46,939 bases of DNA from Nitrospira sp. (GTDB lineage Bacteria > Nitrospirota > Nitrospiria > Nitrospirales > Nitrospiraceae), in NCBI GenBank assembly GCA_035310605.1, contig DATGEA010000257.1, positions 1 through 46,939 on the forward strand, in the 5' to 3' direction. Position numbers and translations under genes: made by a program. The notes under the pieces are model-generated. The model searched no databases. It was given only the letters and a program-made list of their open reading frames with translations, and was not told the origin of the DNA. The number at the start of each line of letters is the position of its first letter. Within the stretch, counting starts at the first letter, position 1. This document shows positions 18,602-28,190 of this stretch, in pieces.

Positions 18602-19512
18602 CATTTCTGACGGTGGAGCGCGGGGCTTCGCCCGAAACGTTGCGAAATTATTCGTCCGATCTCCGGCAGCTTCACACCTTTCTCCTGTCGAATCGTCTCG
18701 CCGCACCTCCGCTGGATCCCGCTGCATTGTCGACCGATGCGATTCGTGCCTATCTTCATTGGCTCGACCGTCAGGGGGAGAAGCGCACGTCGTTGGCGAG
18801 AAAACTGGCCTGTATCAGGAGTTTTTATCGCTACCTCACACGAACAGGTCTGGTGAGCCGCAACCCTGTCGAAGATCTCCGAACGCCGAAGCAACCTAAG
18901 CATCTCCCGCGTGTATTGACCAAGGATGATGCAGACGCCTTGATGGCATTTCCGGATGAGCGCACGACCAATTCCTTGCGTGATCGTGCATTGCTCGAGA
19001 CGCTCTATTCGACGGGGGCGCGGGTCAGTGAGCTGGTGTCGCTGAACGTCGGCGATCTGCATCAGTCGGAGGGGGTCGTCCGGTTGCAAGGCAAGGGGAA
19101 GAAGGAGCGGATTGTGCCGATCGGCGATCTTGCGATGCACGCGATCCAGGCGTATCGCGAGTCGCTGCGGCCATCAGCTGTCGGCCATTCGGGATTGGCG
19201 CCGGTCTTCTTGAATCACCGGGGCGGTCGGTTGACTACCAGAAGTGTGGCCCGCATCGTGGCTCGTTATTCCAGCCGGCTGTCGGGGGGATCGGTCAGTC
19301 CTCATACCCTGCGCCATTCGTTTGCGACCCATCTGCTCGACGAAGGCGCAGATCTTCGCTCCATCCAGGAGATGCTGGGGCATGCCTCGCTCAGTACGAC
19401 CCAGAAATACACGCATGTCGCGACTGATCAGTTGTTGGCGGTGTACGACAAGGCGCATCCGAGAGCGGGGCGCACAGCGGTCGGCCGTGCGGTCAAAGAC
19501 GGAAAACGGTGA
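18574..19512 (+). CDS. xerC: Tyrosine recombinase XerC
   Basis: Intact R-K-H-R-H-Y set (TGARVSE, GKGKKER, HTLRHSFATH, LGHASLSTTQKY); follows trmFO. Confidence 0.9.
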   Translation: MDDAIRAFITFLTVERGASPETLRNYSSDLRQLHTFLLSNRLAAPPLDPAALSTDAIRAYLHWLDRQGEKRTSLARKLACIRSFYRYLTRTGLVSRNPVEDLRTPKQPKHLPRVLTKDDADALMAFPDERTTNSLRDRALLETLYSTGARVSELVSLNVGDLHQSEGVVRLQGKGKKERIVPIGDLAMHAIQAYRESLRPSAVGHSGLAPVFLNHRGGRLTTRSVARIVARYSSRLSGGSVSPHTLRHSFATHLLDEGADLRSIQEMLGHASLSTTQKYTHVATDQLLAVYDKAHPRAGRTAVGRAVKDGKR

Positions 19513-19613
19513 AGTCCGGTCTCCGCATCACTCTTCCCACTGTGCGAAGAGTGGCTTGTCGTGTTATTGTCGGGACCGGATCGTGAACCGGACTGTCCTG
19601 TGAGGAGTCAACG

Positions 19614-20510
19614 ATGAACAAGCTCATCAAAAAAGCCAACGTGTTGATCGAAGCCTTGCCCTACATTCGCACGTTTCGCGGCAAGACCATCGTGATCAAG
19701 TACGGCGGCAACGCTATGACGGAGTCGTCGTTGAAGGAGCGGTTTGCTCAGGACGTCGTGCTTCTCAAGTATGTCGGACTTAACCCCGTCATCATTCATG
19801 GCGGCGGCCCGCAGATCGACAAAATGCTCGACCGGCTGGGTATCGAGTCGAAGTTCCTCCACGGCGTGCGTGTGACGAACGAAGCCACCATGGAAATCGT
19901 CGAGATGGTGCTTGCAGGAAAAATCAATATGGAGATCACGGACCTTATCAATCGACACGGCGGGAGTGCTGTGGGACTCAGCGGGAAAGACGGCGGACTG
20001 ATTCTGAGCAAACCCCTGACGGCGAAAGCCTGGGCCGAAAGCTTGGAGCGGGACCTTGAAGAGGATGAGGCCGGAAGCGACTTCGGGTTCGTCGGCGATA
20101 TTGAAAAGGTCGATCCCAGCCTCCTCATCAAACTCCAGGGCGACCATTATATTCCGGTAATCGCGCCGATCGGGACCGATCGGGAGGGTCACACCTACAA
20201 TATCAACGCCGATCTTGTGGCCGGGGCGATCGCCGGAGCCTTGCGAGCGGAGAAACTGGTGATGATGACGGACATCAAGGGCATCCGCGACGCCAAGGGC
20301 CGCCATCTGTCGACCGTCTCACGGAAAGACGTACAGCGAATGGTGAAGCGGGGAACGATTACCGAGGGCATGCTGCCCAAGGTGCGCGCCTGCCTGGATG
20401 CGCTCGAACAAGGCGTCGGCAAGGCCCATATTATCGACGGCCGGATGCCGCACGCGATCCTGCTGGAAGTGTTCACGCGTAAAGGGATCGGGACCGAGAT
20501 CACGGCGTAG
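19614..20510 (+). CDS. argB: Acetylglutamate kinase
   Basis: IEALPYI, IKYGGNAM, HGGGPQI, YNINADL, GMLPKV. Confidence 0.97.
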   Translation: MNKLIKKANVLIEALPYIRTFRGKTIVIKYGGNAMTESSLKERFAQDVVLLKYVGLNPVIIHGGGPQIDKMLDRLGIESKFLHGVRVTNEATMEIVEMVLAGKINMEITDLINRHGGSAVGLSGKDGGLILSKPLTAKAWAESLERDLEEDEAGSDFGFVGDIEKVDPSLLIKLQGDHYIPVIAPIGTDREGHTYNINADLVAGAIAGALRAEKLVMMTDIKGIRDAKGRHLSTVSRKDVQRMVKRGTITEGMLPKVRACLDALEQGVGKAHIIDGRMPHAILLEVFTRKGIGTEITA

Positions 20511-20532
20511 CGCCACTTCCCGGCAACCTGTC

Positions 20533-21411
20533 TTGTCGAACCGACGGACCAGAATTATCCGCCACCTTCACGCGTTGGTCGGAGAACGTCACCCCGACAG
20601 CGCTCCCCAGGGACTCAGGAAAGTCGCACAGTACCTCTCAGCGCAGTTTTCCTCCTATGGCTGGAAGACGACGAGCCAACACTTTCGAGCGTGGGGGAAA
20701 GTCTATCGAAACATTCTCGCCGTCAAGAATCCTGCAGGGCGACGGCTCAAAGACGAATCGGCGCCTCTCATCATCGGCGCGCACTATGATACCGTCGTGG
20801 CATCGCCGGGAGCGGATGACAATGCCAGCGCATTGACGGTCTTGCTGGAGGCGGCCTGCGAACTCCAGCGTGCGGCGGTGGCACATCCGGTATGGCTCGT
20901 GGCTTTCTGTCTCGAAGAGCAAGGGCTCTTGGGAAGCCAGGCCTTCGTATCAAGACTCAAGAAAGAACAACGACAACTCGCCGGGGCAATCATCCTTGAA
21001 TGCGTGGGCTTTGCCAGTCACAAAGGAGATTCGCAGCGCATTCCGCCCGGCGTGCCGATCGCGGTTCCCACGGTGGGGAATTTTCTCGGCATCATCGGAA
21101 ATGAGGCCTCGCAATCCCTCGTGGATGCCGTTGGGCGCAGCGCGCAACGAATCCTGCCGGAGCTTCCGACCATTGCCTTGTCCGTCCCTGCCCGGGGAGA
21201 GGCCTTGCCGGATGTCCGTCGGAGCGATCATGCGGCCTTCTGGGATGAGGGATATCCGGCGGTCATGCTGACGGATACGGCCAACTTCAGAAACCCGCAC
21301 TACCATCTACCGACCGATACGGTCGAAACTTTGAACCTGGCGTTTCTTGAAAGCGTGGCCGACGTCGTCGTCGCCTCGGTGAGGACGCTTGCAATGCGGG
21401 AGGCAGGATGA
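20533..21411 (+). CDS. M28-family metallopeptidase
   Basis: GAHYD, PGADDNAS, EEQGLLGS, RSDHAAF, NPHYH. Start uncertain (TTG 20533 chosen to avoid argB overlap). Confidence 0.85.
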   Translation: MSNRRTRIIRHLHALVGERHPDSAPQGLRKVAQYLSAQFSSYGWKTTSQHFRAWGKVYRNILAVKNPAGRRLKDESAPLIIGAHYDTVVASPGADDNASALTVLLEAACELQRAAVAHPVWLVAFCLEEQGLLGSQAFVSRLKKEQRQLAGAIILECVGFASHKGDSQRIPPGVPIAVPTVGNFLGIIGNEASQSLVDAVGRSAQRILPELPTIALSVPARGEALPDVRRSDHAAFWDEGYPAVMLTDTANFRNPHYHLPTDTVETLNLAFLESVADVVVASVRTLAMREAG

Positions 21412-22145
21412 CAAGACCCCGACGCATGACCCGGGCGGCAGGTGTGGCCATCGCAAGCGTATTCAAGCGTCTTGAGGTGCAAAGGCTCGCACAGGTCTAT
21501 TGCTACGAAGGGGGCGACGAATTCTGGAAAGCCAAACGGGAGCCCTGCCGCCGGCTCGGCATCCTGGTCGCGGAAGCGCTGCTCAAACGGTTGAATCCCG
21601 GCGGGCGCAGTCTTTACGTGGGGGCCGGGGTCGCGGAGCTGCCGCCGTTGCTCGTCGAGGCGCTCGATCTGCAACGCGACGTGTGTCCCTGCAACCTTCG
21701 CCGGTCAGAAGTCGCATCACTCAATCGTACCTGTCGCGGGACGCCTGTCAGGTTTCACGCGAAGGATGCAACAAAGGCAGCGGGAACATTCGACCATCTC
21801 TGGATCGTCAGCGTATTGAACGATCCGGAACGGTTCCCTCATCTGGCCCCCTTGTCCTATGGGCGTGCCGATCCGGTGAGCTTCAATCCCGTGCTGTTTC
21901 AGAAAGAACGGCGGATTGTGCAATCAATTGTGGATCGATGTATGCCCAAGCTGAGTCTGCCAGGTCTGGTCACGACCTCCACCGAAGAAGTCGTGTGGAT
22001 CGCGGACTGGTGTCACCGGAAGAAAATTCCCTATCTTGTCGAACGAAAACCTTACCCCACTGCGCTCGTCGGGGACCCGATTTGTTTCATCAAAGTGGGA
22101 AGGAGAGGCATGAGGCGAGGAGTCAGGCGGGATGGTCACATCTGA
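21408..22145 (+). CDS. Hypothetical protein, possible class I SAM-methyltransferase-like fold
   Basis: ATGA overlap with the upstream gene; SLYVGAGVAE resembles motif I; GTFDHLWIV resembles a later strand. Confidence 0.6.
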   Translation: MTRPRRMTRAAGVAIASVFKRLEVQRLAQVYCYEGGDEFWKAKREPCRRLGILVAEALLKRLNPGGRSLYVGAGVAELPPLLVEALDLQRDVCPCNLRRSEVASLNRTCRGTPVRFHAKDATKAAGTFDHLWIVSVLNDPERFPHLAPLSYGRADPVSFNPVLFQKERRIVQSIVDRCMPKLSLPGLVTTSTEEVVWIADWCHRKKIPYLVERKPYPTALVGDPICFIKVGRRGMRRGVRRDGHI

Positions 22146-22675
22146 AAGCCCGTCTTGCCTTTGAGTGGATCGCCCATGTACATGCGAGCGTATGTCATAT
22201 AGTTTGCTGCCGATTCCCTGATCCAGGTTAATTCTTTCTGTGTCACAGGCCGCTTCACCTTGGCCGGCGATCCAAGAATCAGACTGTTCGGCGGCATGAT
22301 GGTCCCTTCCGTGACCAGCGCGCCGGCCCCCACCACCGAATCTTCTCCGATGACGGCCCCGTCCATGATGACGGCGCCCATGCCGATCAGCACGCGGTCC
22401 TTGATCGTGCAGCCGTGGACGACCACGCTGTGACCGATGGTGACGTCATGACCGATGATGAGCGGGTGCGTATCATGGGTCACGTGCAGCATGCAGAGAT
22501 CCTGCACATTCGTCCGGTCGCCGATACGGATGTAGTTCACATCGCCGCGGATCACGGCGTGGAACCATACGCTACAGGCTTCACCCATGACGACGTCGCC
22601 GATGACAATGCCGGTCTCCTCGATAAAGCAGGAGGTCGGGATCGTCGGTGCGATGCCTTGGAACGACCGGATCAT
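22136..22675 (-). CDS. Gamma carbonic anhydrase family (YrdA/PaaY-like) protein
   Basis: Hexapeptide repeats; IRGDVN, TNVQD..LH, TIGH..VHGC zinc ligands. Confidence 0.93.
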   Translation of the reverse strand: MIRSFQGIAPTIPTSCFIEETGIVIGDVVMGEACSVWFHAVIRGDVNYIRIGDRTNVQDLCMLHVTHDTHPLIIGHDVTIGHSVVVHGCTIKDRVLIGMGAVIMDGAVIGEDSVVGAGALVTEGTIMPPNSLILGSPAKVKRPVTQKELTWIRESAANYMTYARMYMGDPLKGKTGFQM

Positions 22676-22681
22676 GGCTGC

Positions 22682-22759
22682 ACAATAGGGGAATTGCCCC
22701 ATCCCCCGCAAGAGCCCCCAAGGGTCTCATTGACAGGCTTTTTCACCGTCCCGTAGACT
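22682..22759. promoter_or_regulatory. Back-to-back sigma-70 promoters for gamma-CA (-) and rimO (+)
   Basis: Minus TTGCGG-N18-TATTGT-N6-ATG; plus TTGACA-N18-TAGACT-N9-ATG. Confidence 0.6.
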
Positions 22760-22768
22760 GATCATCAT

Positions 22769-24172
22769 ATGAGCCAGTCCCTCATTAAAGTCGATCGCCC
22801 CAGACGTGCCAAATCTTCGCCGGCCGTCGGGGTGAAAACCACGATCGGTTTCGTCAACCTTGGTTGTTCCAAGAACCAGGTCGATTCGGAAGTGATGCTG
22901 GGCACGCTCGTGGCCGAGGGCTTTGAACTGACCGCGGATGCCAATAAGGCTGAAGTGGTCATCATCAATACCTGCGGGTTCATCGAAGAAGCCAAGCAGG
23001 AGTCGATCGATACAATCATCGGCCACGGTACCTTGAAGAAGAGCGGAGTGTGCCGGGTTCTGATTGCCGCCGGCTGTCTGGCCCAGCGCTATCAAGGCGA
23101 TCTCCTGAAAGAATTGCCGGAACTCGATGCTGTTGTCGGCACCGGCGAGTTCGGAAAGATCGCCAGAATCTGCCGGGATCTCCTGGCCCCGAAGAAACGG
23201 CATCAACGGCTCTGGATCAGCCAGCCGCCCTATCTCTATGACGAGCTGGCGCCCCGTCTCCGCCTCGGAAAGCCGCATAGCGCCTATGTGAAAATCGCCG
23301 AGGGCTGTAACCGGAACTGCGCCTTCTGTGCGATTCCCCTGATGCGGGGAAAGCAGCGGAGCAGGCCGATCGAATCTATCGTGGCTGAGGCACGACGTCT
23401 CGCTGCGGAGGGCGTCAAGGAACTCAACCTGATTTCTCAGGACACCATTAATTATGGAGTCGATCTTGGTCTCCGCCATGGCCTCGTCTCCTTGCTGCGC
23501 GAACTCGTGAAGGTGAAAGATCTGCGATGGATCAGGCCCTTTTACCTCTATCCGCAGCAGGTCACGGATGAGTTGCTGGATCTCTACGCCGGTGAAGAGA
23601 AAATCACGAAGTATATCGATATGCCGCTGCAGCACATCAACGACCGGATGCTCAAGCGCATGCACCGGCTGGGTGATCGCGCGGCTATCGAGAAATTGGT
23701 GGAGCGCATCAGGACCCGCATTCCCGGCGTGACATTCCGTACGGCGTTTATTGTCGGGTTTCCCGGTGAAACCGAAGCCGCATTCGAGGAATTGAAACGG
23801 TATGTCGAGGCGACGGAGTTCGATCGCGTGGCCGCGTTCCTCTATTCGGATGAAGAGCAGACTCCCGCCGTCGAGTTCGACAACAAGGTCGATCGCGCCG
23901 TGATGGAAGAACGCCGCAACGAGCTGTTGACCATTCAGGAATCCATAGCCGCGGCCAAGGGCCGGGATAAAGTCGGAGCGGTATTGGAGGTCCTGGTCGA
24001 TGGTCCCTCGGAAGAGACAGACCTCTTGCTCGAAGGCCGGCACGAAGGAATGGCTCCGGAAATCGACGGTGTCGTCTACATCAATGACGGAACGGCTCTA
24101 CCGGGAGAGATCGTGAAAGTCGAGATTACCGATGCCTCAACGTACGATCTCGTCGGCCACATCCTGCCCTAG
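22769..24172 (+). CDS. rimO: Ribosomal protein S12 methylthiotransferase
   Basis: LGCSKNQVDSE, NTCGFI, AYVKIAEGCNRNCAFCAIP (radical SAM), APEIDG and TRAM domain. Confidence 0.97.
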   Translation: MSQSLIKVDRPRRAKSSPAVGVKTTIGFVNLGCSKNQVDSEVMLGTLVAEGFELTADANKAEVVIINTCGFIEEAKQESIDTIIGHGTLKKSGVCRVLIAAGCLAQRYQGDLLKELPELDAVVGTGEFGKIARICRDLLAPKKRHQRLWISQPPYLYDELAPRLRLGKPHSAYVKIAEGCNRNCAFCAIPLMRGKQRSRPIESIVAEARRLAAEGVKELNLISQDTINYGVDLGLRHGLVSLLRELVKVKDLRWIRPFYLYPQQVTDELLDLYAGEEKITKYIDMPLQHINDRMLKRMHRLGDRAAIEKLVERIRTRIPGVTFRTAFIVGFPGETEAAFEELKRYVEATEFDRVAAFLYSDEEQTPAVEFDNKVDRAVMEERRNELLTIQESIAAAKGRDKVGAVLEVLVDGPSEETDLLLEGRHEGMAPEIDGVVYINDGTALPGEIVKVEITDASTYDLVGHILP

Positions 24173-24242
24173 CCCGCTTGCGTCCCGAGATTGCCATAGG
24201 CGGCAATTCTGATCGGAGCCGATCACTACAGGAGCGATACGC

Positions 24243-25109
24243 ATGGCCGCACAGAGGAAAGAGTCCGTCGTCCTTCTCATCCAGTGCAAGGATCGGAAGG
24301 GCATTGTGGCCAGGGTTTCGGGGTTCATTCATGATTTCGGCGGGAATATCCTCGACTCCGACCATCATACGGACGAAGAAACAAACGATTTTCTGATGCG
24401 GATGGAGTTTGCGACGGAGGGTTTGCAGATTGCGCCGGATGAGATCCCCGCGGCCTTTGCCCCGATTGCCAAGGTCTTCGAGATGCGGTACGAGGTGCAT
24501 GCATCCACTCATCGCACCAAAGTCGGCATGCTGGTGTCGAAACAGGACCATTGTTTGGCGGATCTCCTGCAGCGGCACCGGCGGGATGAGCTGCATATCG
24601 ACGTGCCTGTCATAGTGTCTAATCATGACACCTGTGCCGGTTGGGCGGACCTCTTTCAGATTCCCTTCGTGGTCTGTCCGGTGACGAAGGACACGAAGCA
24701 GCAGCAGGAGCAACACGTCCTCGCAGTCCTGAAAAAACACCGCGTTGAGTTGGTCGTGATGGCTCGCTACATGCAGATTCTCAGCGGGAACTTCCTGGCG
24801 CAGGTCGGCTGTCCCGTCATCAACATCCACCATTCGTTTTTGCCTGCCTTTATCGGCGCAAACCCCTACCGACAGGCCTACGAGCGCGGCGTAAAAATCA
24901 TCGGAGCGACGGCGCACTATGCGACGGAGGATCTCGACGAAGGACCCATCATCGAGCAGGATGTGATGCGGGTGGGGCACCGCGATACGGTTGAGGATTT
25001 GGTGAGAAAAGGTCGTGATCTCGAGGAAATCGTATTGGCTCGAGCTGTGCGCCGGCACATCGAACGGCGCGTCCTGGTCTACGGACGAAAAACCGTCATA
25101 TTCGACTGA
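24243..25109 (+). CDS. purU: Formyltetrahydrofolate deformylase
   Basis: N-terminal ACT domain, VSKQDHCL, MARYMQILS, NIHHSFLPAF, DLDEGPIIEQ. Confidence 0.97.
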   Translation: MAAQRKESVVLLIQCKDRKGIVARVSGFIHDFGGNILDSDHHTDEETNDFLMRMEFATEGLQIAPDEIPAAFAPIAKVFEMRYEVHASTHRTKVGMLVSKQDHCLADLLQRHRRDELHIDVPVIVSNHDTCAGWADLFQIPFVVCPVTKDTKQQQEQHVLAVLKKHRVELVVMARYMQILSGNFLAQVGCPVINIHHSFLPAFIGANPYRQAYERGVKIIGATAHYATEDLDEGPIIEQDVMRVGHRDTVEDLVRKGRDLEEIVLARAVRRHIERRVLVYGRKTVIFD

Positions 25110-25125
25110 ACGGTGTCAGGGAAGG

Positions 25126-25152
25126 CGGGGATGGGGGCTCTCCCCATCCCCG
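25126..25152. terminator. Hairpin between convergent purU and degP
   Basis: CGGGGATGGGG-GCTCT-CCCCATCCCCG. Confidence 0.6.
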
Positions 25153-25163
25153 TGCGCGCTCGT

Positions 25164-26675
25164 TTACACCTTTGCGCTGAGGAACAGCGAAGTTCCGCGC
25201 CGGTTGATCAGGATCAGGACGTTCTCGCCCTTCTTGACCGCTGAAGATACCGTTTCAAAATCCTTCACCGATTTCACCGGCTGCCGGTTGATCTCACGGA
25301 TCACATCACCCGGCATCAATCCGGCCTTTTCGGCCCCGCTCTCCGGCTCGACGCTCGTGACCACCACGCCGTGGGTCTTACCCTTGATGCCTAACTCTTT
25401 GGCTGTGTCGCGATCCAGGTCTTGGACGGCTACGCCGGCAAAGGCAAAGTCCTTTTCTCCCGTTTCAGCCTTGGCAATCTTGGCCGTATCGGGCTGTTCG
25501 CCGATCGTCACGGTCAGTTCTTTTTCGTGTCCGTCACGCACCACCTTCATCGTCACCTTCGTTCCCACCGTGCTCCTCGTGACCATGCGTTGCAGCGCGA
25601 CGGCGTCTTCAACCGCCGCGCCTTGGTAGGAGATCAACACATCCCCCTGTTTCAGTCCTGCCCGGTCGGCCGGGCTGTCCTCCTTCACGTCGCTCACTAA
25701 GGCGCCCTTCGCATCGGTGAGACCGAACGACTTGGCCAGATCCCCGTTGAGATCCTGAATCCCGATGCCGAGATAGCCGCGGACCACCTTGCCGTGCTTG
25801 ATCAGACTCTCATAGATCGGCTTGCTCATACTGGTAGGCACCGCGAACCCGACGCCCTGGTACCCGCCGGTCTGCGAGAAGATGGCGGTATTGATACCCA
25901 CGAGTTCGCCTCTGGTGTTGACCAGCGCGCCGCCGGAGTTGCCGGGATTGATCGCGGCGTCGGTTTGAATGAAATCCTCATACTGCGTGATGCCCATGCG
26001 GCCTCTGCCCAGCGCGCTCACAATGCCGAGGGTCACCGTGGAATTCAGGCCGAAGGGATTCCCGACGGCCAGGACGTATTCGCCGACCTGCAGTTTGGTG
26101 GCGTCTCCCCAGGCCACCGCCGGAAGATTCTCCGCGTCGATCTTGACAACGGCGAGATCGGTTTTCGGATCGGTTCCGACGATTTTGCCCTTGAACTCCC
26201 GCTTGTCCGGGAGCGTCACGGTGACTTCGCGTGCATGGTCGATGACGTGGTTGTTCGTCAGGATATAGCCGTCTGTCGAGACGACGACGCCGGAGCCCTG
26301 TCCTCCGCCGCGATGGCCGCGCGGTTCACCGGGGCCTTGCGGGCCGCGGAATCCTCGCGGTCCGAAGGGGCCGTTGGGTCCTCCGAAGAACTCCTCCATC
26401 CGTTCGCGCAATTCATCCTGACCGTCCCGGCCTTCAGACACTTTGTCGACCGTGACCGTCGTGATGTTAACCACCGCCGGCGTCACAGCCTTTGCGACTT
26501 CGGTAAAGCCGTTCGTCGGGAGCGACGGGATTGTGACGGCGGCGGGAACGGATGATGGAGCTGCCGAGCCCGACGCGTGCGATGGGGTAACGGATTGGTT
26601 TCCCCAGATCAGTGAGGCGCCCAGCACGGCTATTCCGAAAGCGGTGGCGACGATGCGAGTTGTGAATTGCGACAT
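25164..26675 (-). CDS. degP: Periplasmic serine endoprotease DegP/HtrA with two PDZ domains
   Basis: TNNHV, TDLAV, GNSGGAL catalytic triad motifs; two PDZ domains. Confidence 0.93.
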   Translation of the reverse strand: MSQFTTRIVATAFGIAVLGASLIWGNQSVTPSHASGSAAPSSVPAAVTIPSLPTNGFTEVAKAVTPAVVNITTVTVDKVSEGRDGQDELRERMEEFFGGPNGPFGPRGFRGPQGPGEPRGHRGGGQGSGVVVSTDGYILTNNHVIDHAREVTVTLPDKREFKGKIVGTDPKTDLAVVKIDAENLPAVAWGDATKLQVGEYVLAVGNPFGLNSTVTLGIVSALGRGRMGITQYEDFIQTDAAINPGNSGGALVNTRGELVGINTAIFSQTGGYQGVGFAVPTSMSKPIYESLIKHGKVVRGYLGIGIQDLNGDLAKSFGLTDAKGALVSDVKEDSPADRAGLKQGDVLISYQGAAVEDAVALQRMVTRSTVGTKVTMKVVRDGHEKELTVTIGEQPDTAKIAKAETGEKDFAFAGVAVQDLDRDTAKELGIKGKTHGVVVTSVEPESGAEKAGLMPGDVIREINRQPVKSVKDFETVSSAVKKGENVLILINRRGTSLFLSAKV

Positions 26676-26737
26676 AGTTCCCTCCTTGCGCCGATGAAGC
26701 GGGTTGAATTGATGTTCAGCACGTCAGGTATGGGAGT

Positions 26738-26792
26738 AGCGTAGCAACCGGCGATGAGAGGGCGATTAGGAGGGTATTAGAAGTTGTTAAGA
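26738..26792 (-). promoter_or_regulatory. Four 11-bp-phased direct repeats plus extended -10 upstream of degP
   Basis: Plus-strand ATGAGA/ATTAGG/ATTAGA/TTAAGA at 26754/26765/26776/26787; minus-strand TGC-TACGCT. Confidence 0.6.
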
Positions 26793-28190
26793 CGATCGAG
26801 GGGCCAGCGGCAGCGTGACCGTAAAGGTCGAGCCTTTGCCGACCTCGCTCTGCACGTCGATGTGACCATGATGGGATTCGACGATCCAGGCGCAGATGGC
26901 CAGACCCAGGCCTGTTCCCTTCTTCGTATGCGCACGGGCGTTGTCGGTGCGGTAGAAGCGATCGAAGATCTTTGTCTGATCGTCGCGCGAAATCCCGATG
27001 CCGTGATCCGCGATGGAGATTTTGGCCTGGCCTGATTCTGTGACGACCGTGATCTCCACCGAGCCCCCGGGCCGCGAGTACTTGATTGCGTTGTCGACGA
27101 GATTCAGGAAGAGTTCGCGCAATCGCAATTCGTCACCCAGGACCGCGGCCGGCGTCACCAGGCCCAGCACCACCTGAACATCCCGCTCCTGGCCGAGAAG
27201 CGAGGCCTGTCGGTGGATATCTTCGAAGAGGGCTTCCAGCCGGACCGGAAGGTGCTCCATCTTGACTTCGCCCATATCGGCCCGCGAAAGAAAGAGCAAT
27301 TCGTCCACGATGCGCGTCATGCGGTCGATTTCTTCGAGATTGCTCTCCAGAACGACGGTGTAGTCGCCGGCTTCTCGAGGTCGCCGCAGTACCAGCTCGG
27401 TCTCGCCCTTCATGACCGTCAGCGGGGTTCGCAATTCGTGGGATGCGTCGCTGCTAAACTGGCGGATCTGTCGGAACGACGTTTCCAGGCGCGCGATCAT
27501 GTTGTTGAAGGTGGCCGCGAGTCGGCCGATTTCGTCGGCGGAGGCGGGCACATTCAATCGCTGCGTGAGATCGCCTGCGGCGATCCGCTGGGCGGCCAGC
27601 GTAATCGCATCCACCGGCCGCAGCGCCCGCCCGGCCAGAAACCAGCCTCCGGCCAGCGAGACGGCCAGCGCCAGGGGCATGCTGACGAGCAAGACAAGCA
27701 GGAGTCGGTTCAGGGTTTGGTCGACGGATTCCAGGGAAGTTCCGACCTGCACGATATAAAGGAGGTTGCCCCGATAAATGATCGGCACAGAAATCAGGCG
27801 GAGAGGCGGCTCCTTGGGATACTTGGCCGACTCGAAGAGGGTCTGACCGGAAAAGGCCACATCCAATGCTCGACGACTTAACGGCAGTTCGCGTTGCTTG
27901 ACGTTCGGGGAGCGAATGGTAATGGTGCCGGAGGGGCTGAAGATTTGGAAGAACTTGTCGATGCGCGCCAGTTCTGGGAATTGAGACATCAATTCATTTT
28001 CGTCGATGAGCGGCAGGAACCCGCGTTCTTCCAATGACCGGACCGCCGCCGCGGCGGTTTCTTCCAGTGATTGGTCGATCGCATCCCGCAGACTTCGGGC
28101 GGTGATGAAATAGAGGATGGTGGAAAACGCGATCAGAATCAGCGCAAGCGCGCTGCCATACCAGAGGGTGAGTCGGAGGCGGAGCGGCAT
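26787..28190 (-). CDS. HAMP-domain sensor histidine kinase (CusS/CpxA-like)
   Basis: Two TM segments, HAMP, H-box DASHELRTPL, NLVDNAIKY, GTGLGL. Confidence 0.95.
   Translation of the reverse strand: MPLRLRLTLWYGSALALILIAFSTILYFITARSLRDAIDQSLEETAAAAVRSLEERGFLPLIDENELMSQFPELARIDKFFQIFSPSGTITIRSPNVKQRELPLSRRALDVAFSGQTLFESAKYPKEPPLRLISVPIIYRGNLLYIVQVGTSLESVDQTLNRLLLVLLVSMPLALAVSLAGGWFLAGRALRPVDAITLAAQRIAAGDLTQRLNVPASADEIGRLAATFNNMIARLETSFRQIRQFSSDASHELRTPLTVMKGETELVLRRPREAGDYTVVLESNLEEIDRMTRIVDELLFLSRADMGEVKMEHLPVRLEALFEDIHRQASLLGQERDVQVVLGLVTPAAVLGDELRLRELFLNLVDNAIKYSRPGGSVEITVVTESGQAKISIADHGIGISRDDQTKIFDRFYRTDNARAHTKKGTGLGLAICAWIVESHHGHIDVQSEVGKGSTFTVTLPLAPRSS

Noticed and set aside
18574-19512. 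Tyrosine recombinase as the integrase of a mobile element
   Set aside because: Housekeeping XerC-like sequence in trmFO context, with no att sites or cargo genes beside it.
22727-24043. 438-aa ORF antisense to rimO, and similar long antisense ORFs over tig, asmA, degP, gcvP and argB
   Set aside because: Shadow frames expected from GC-rich codon bias; no motifs or SD, and they fully overlap well-supported genes.
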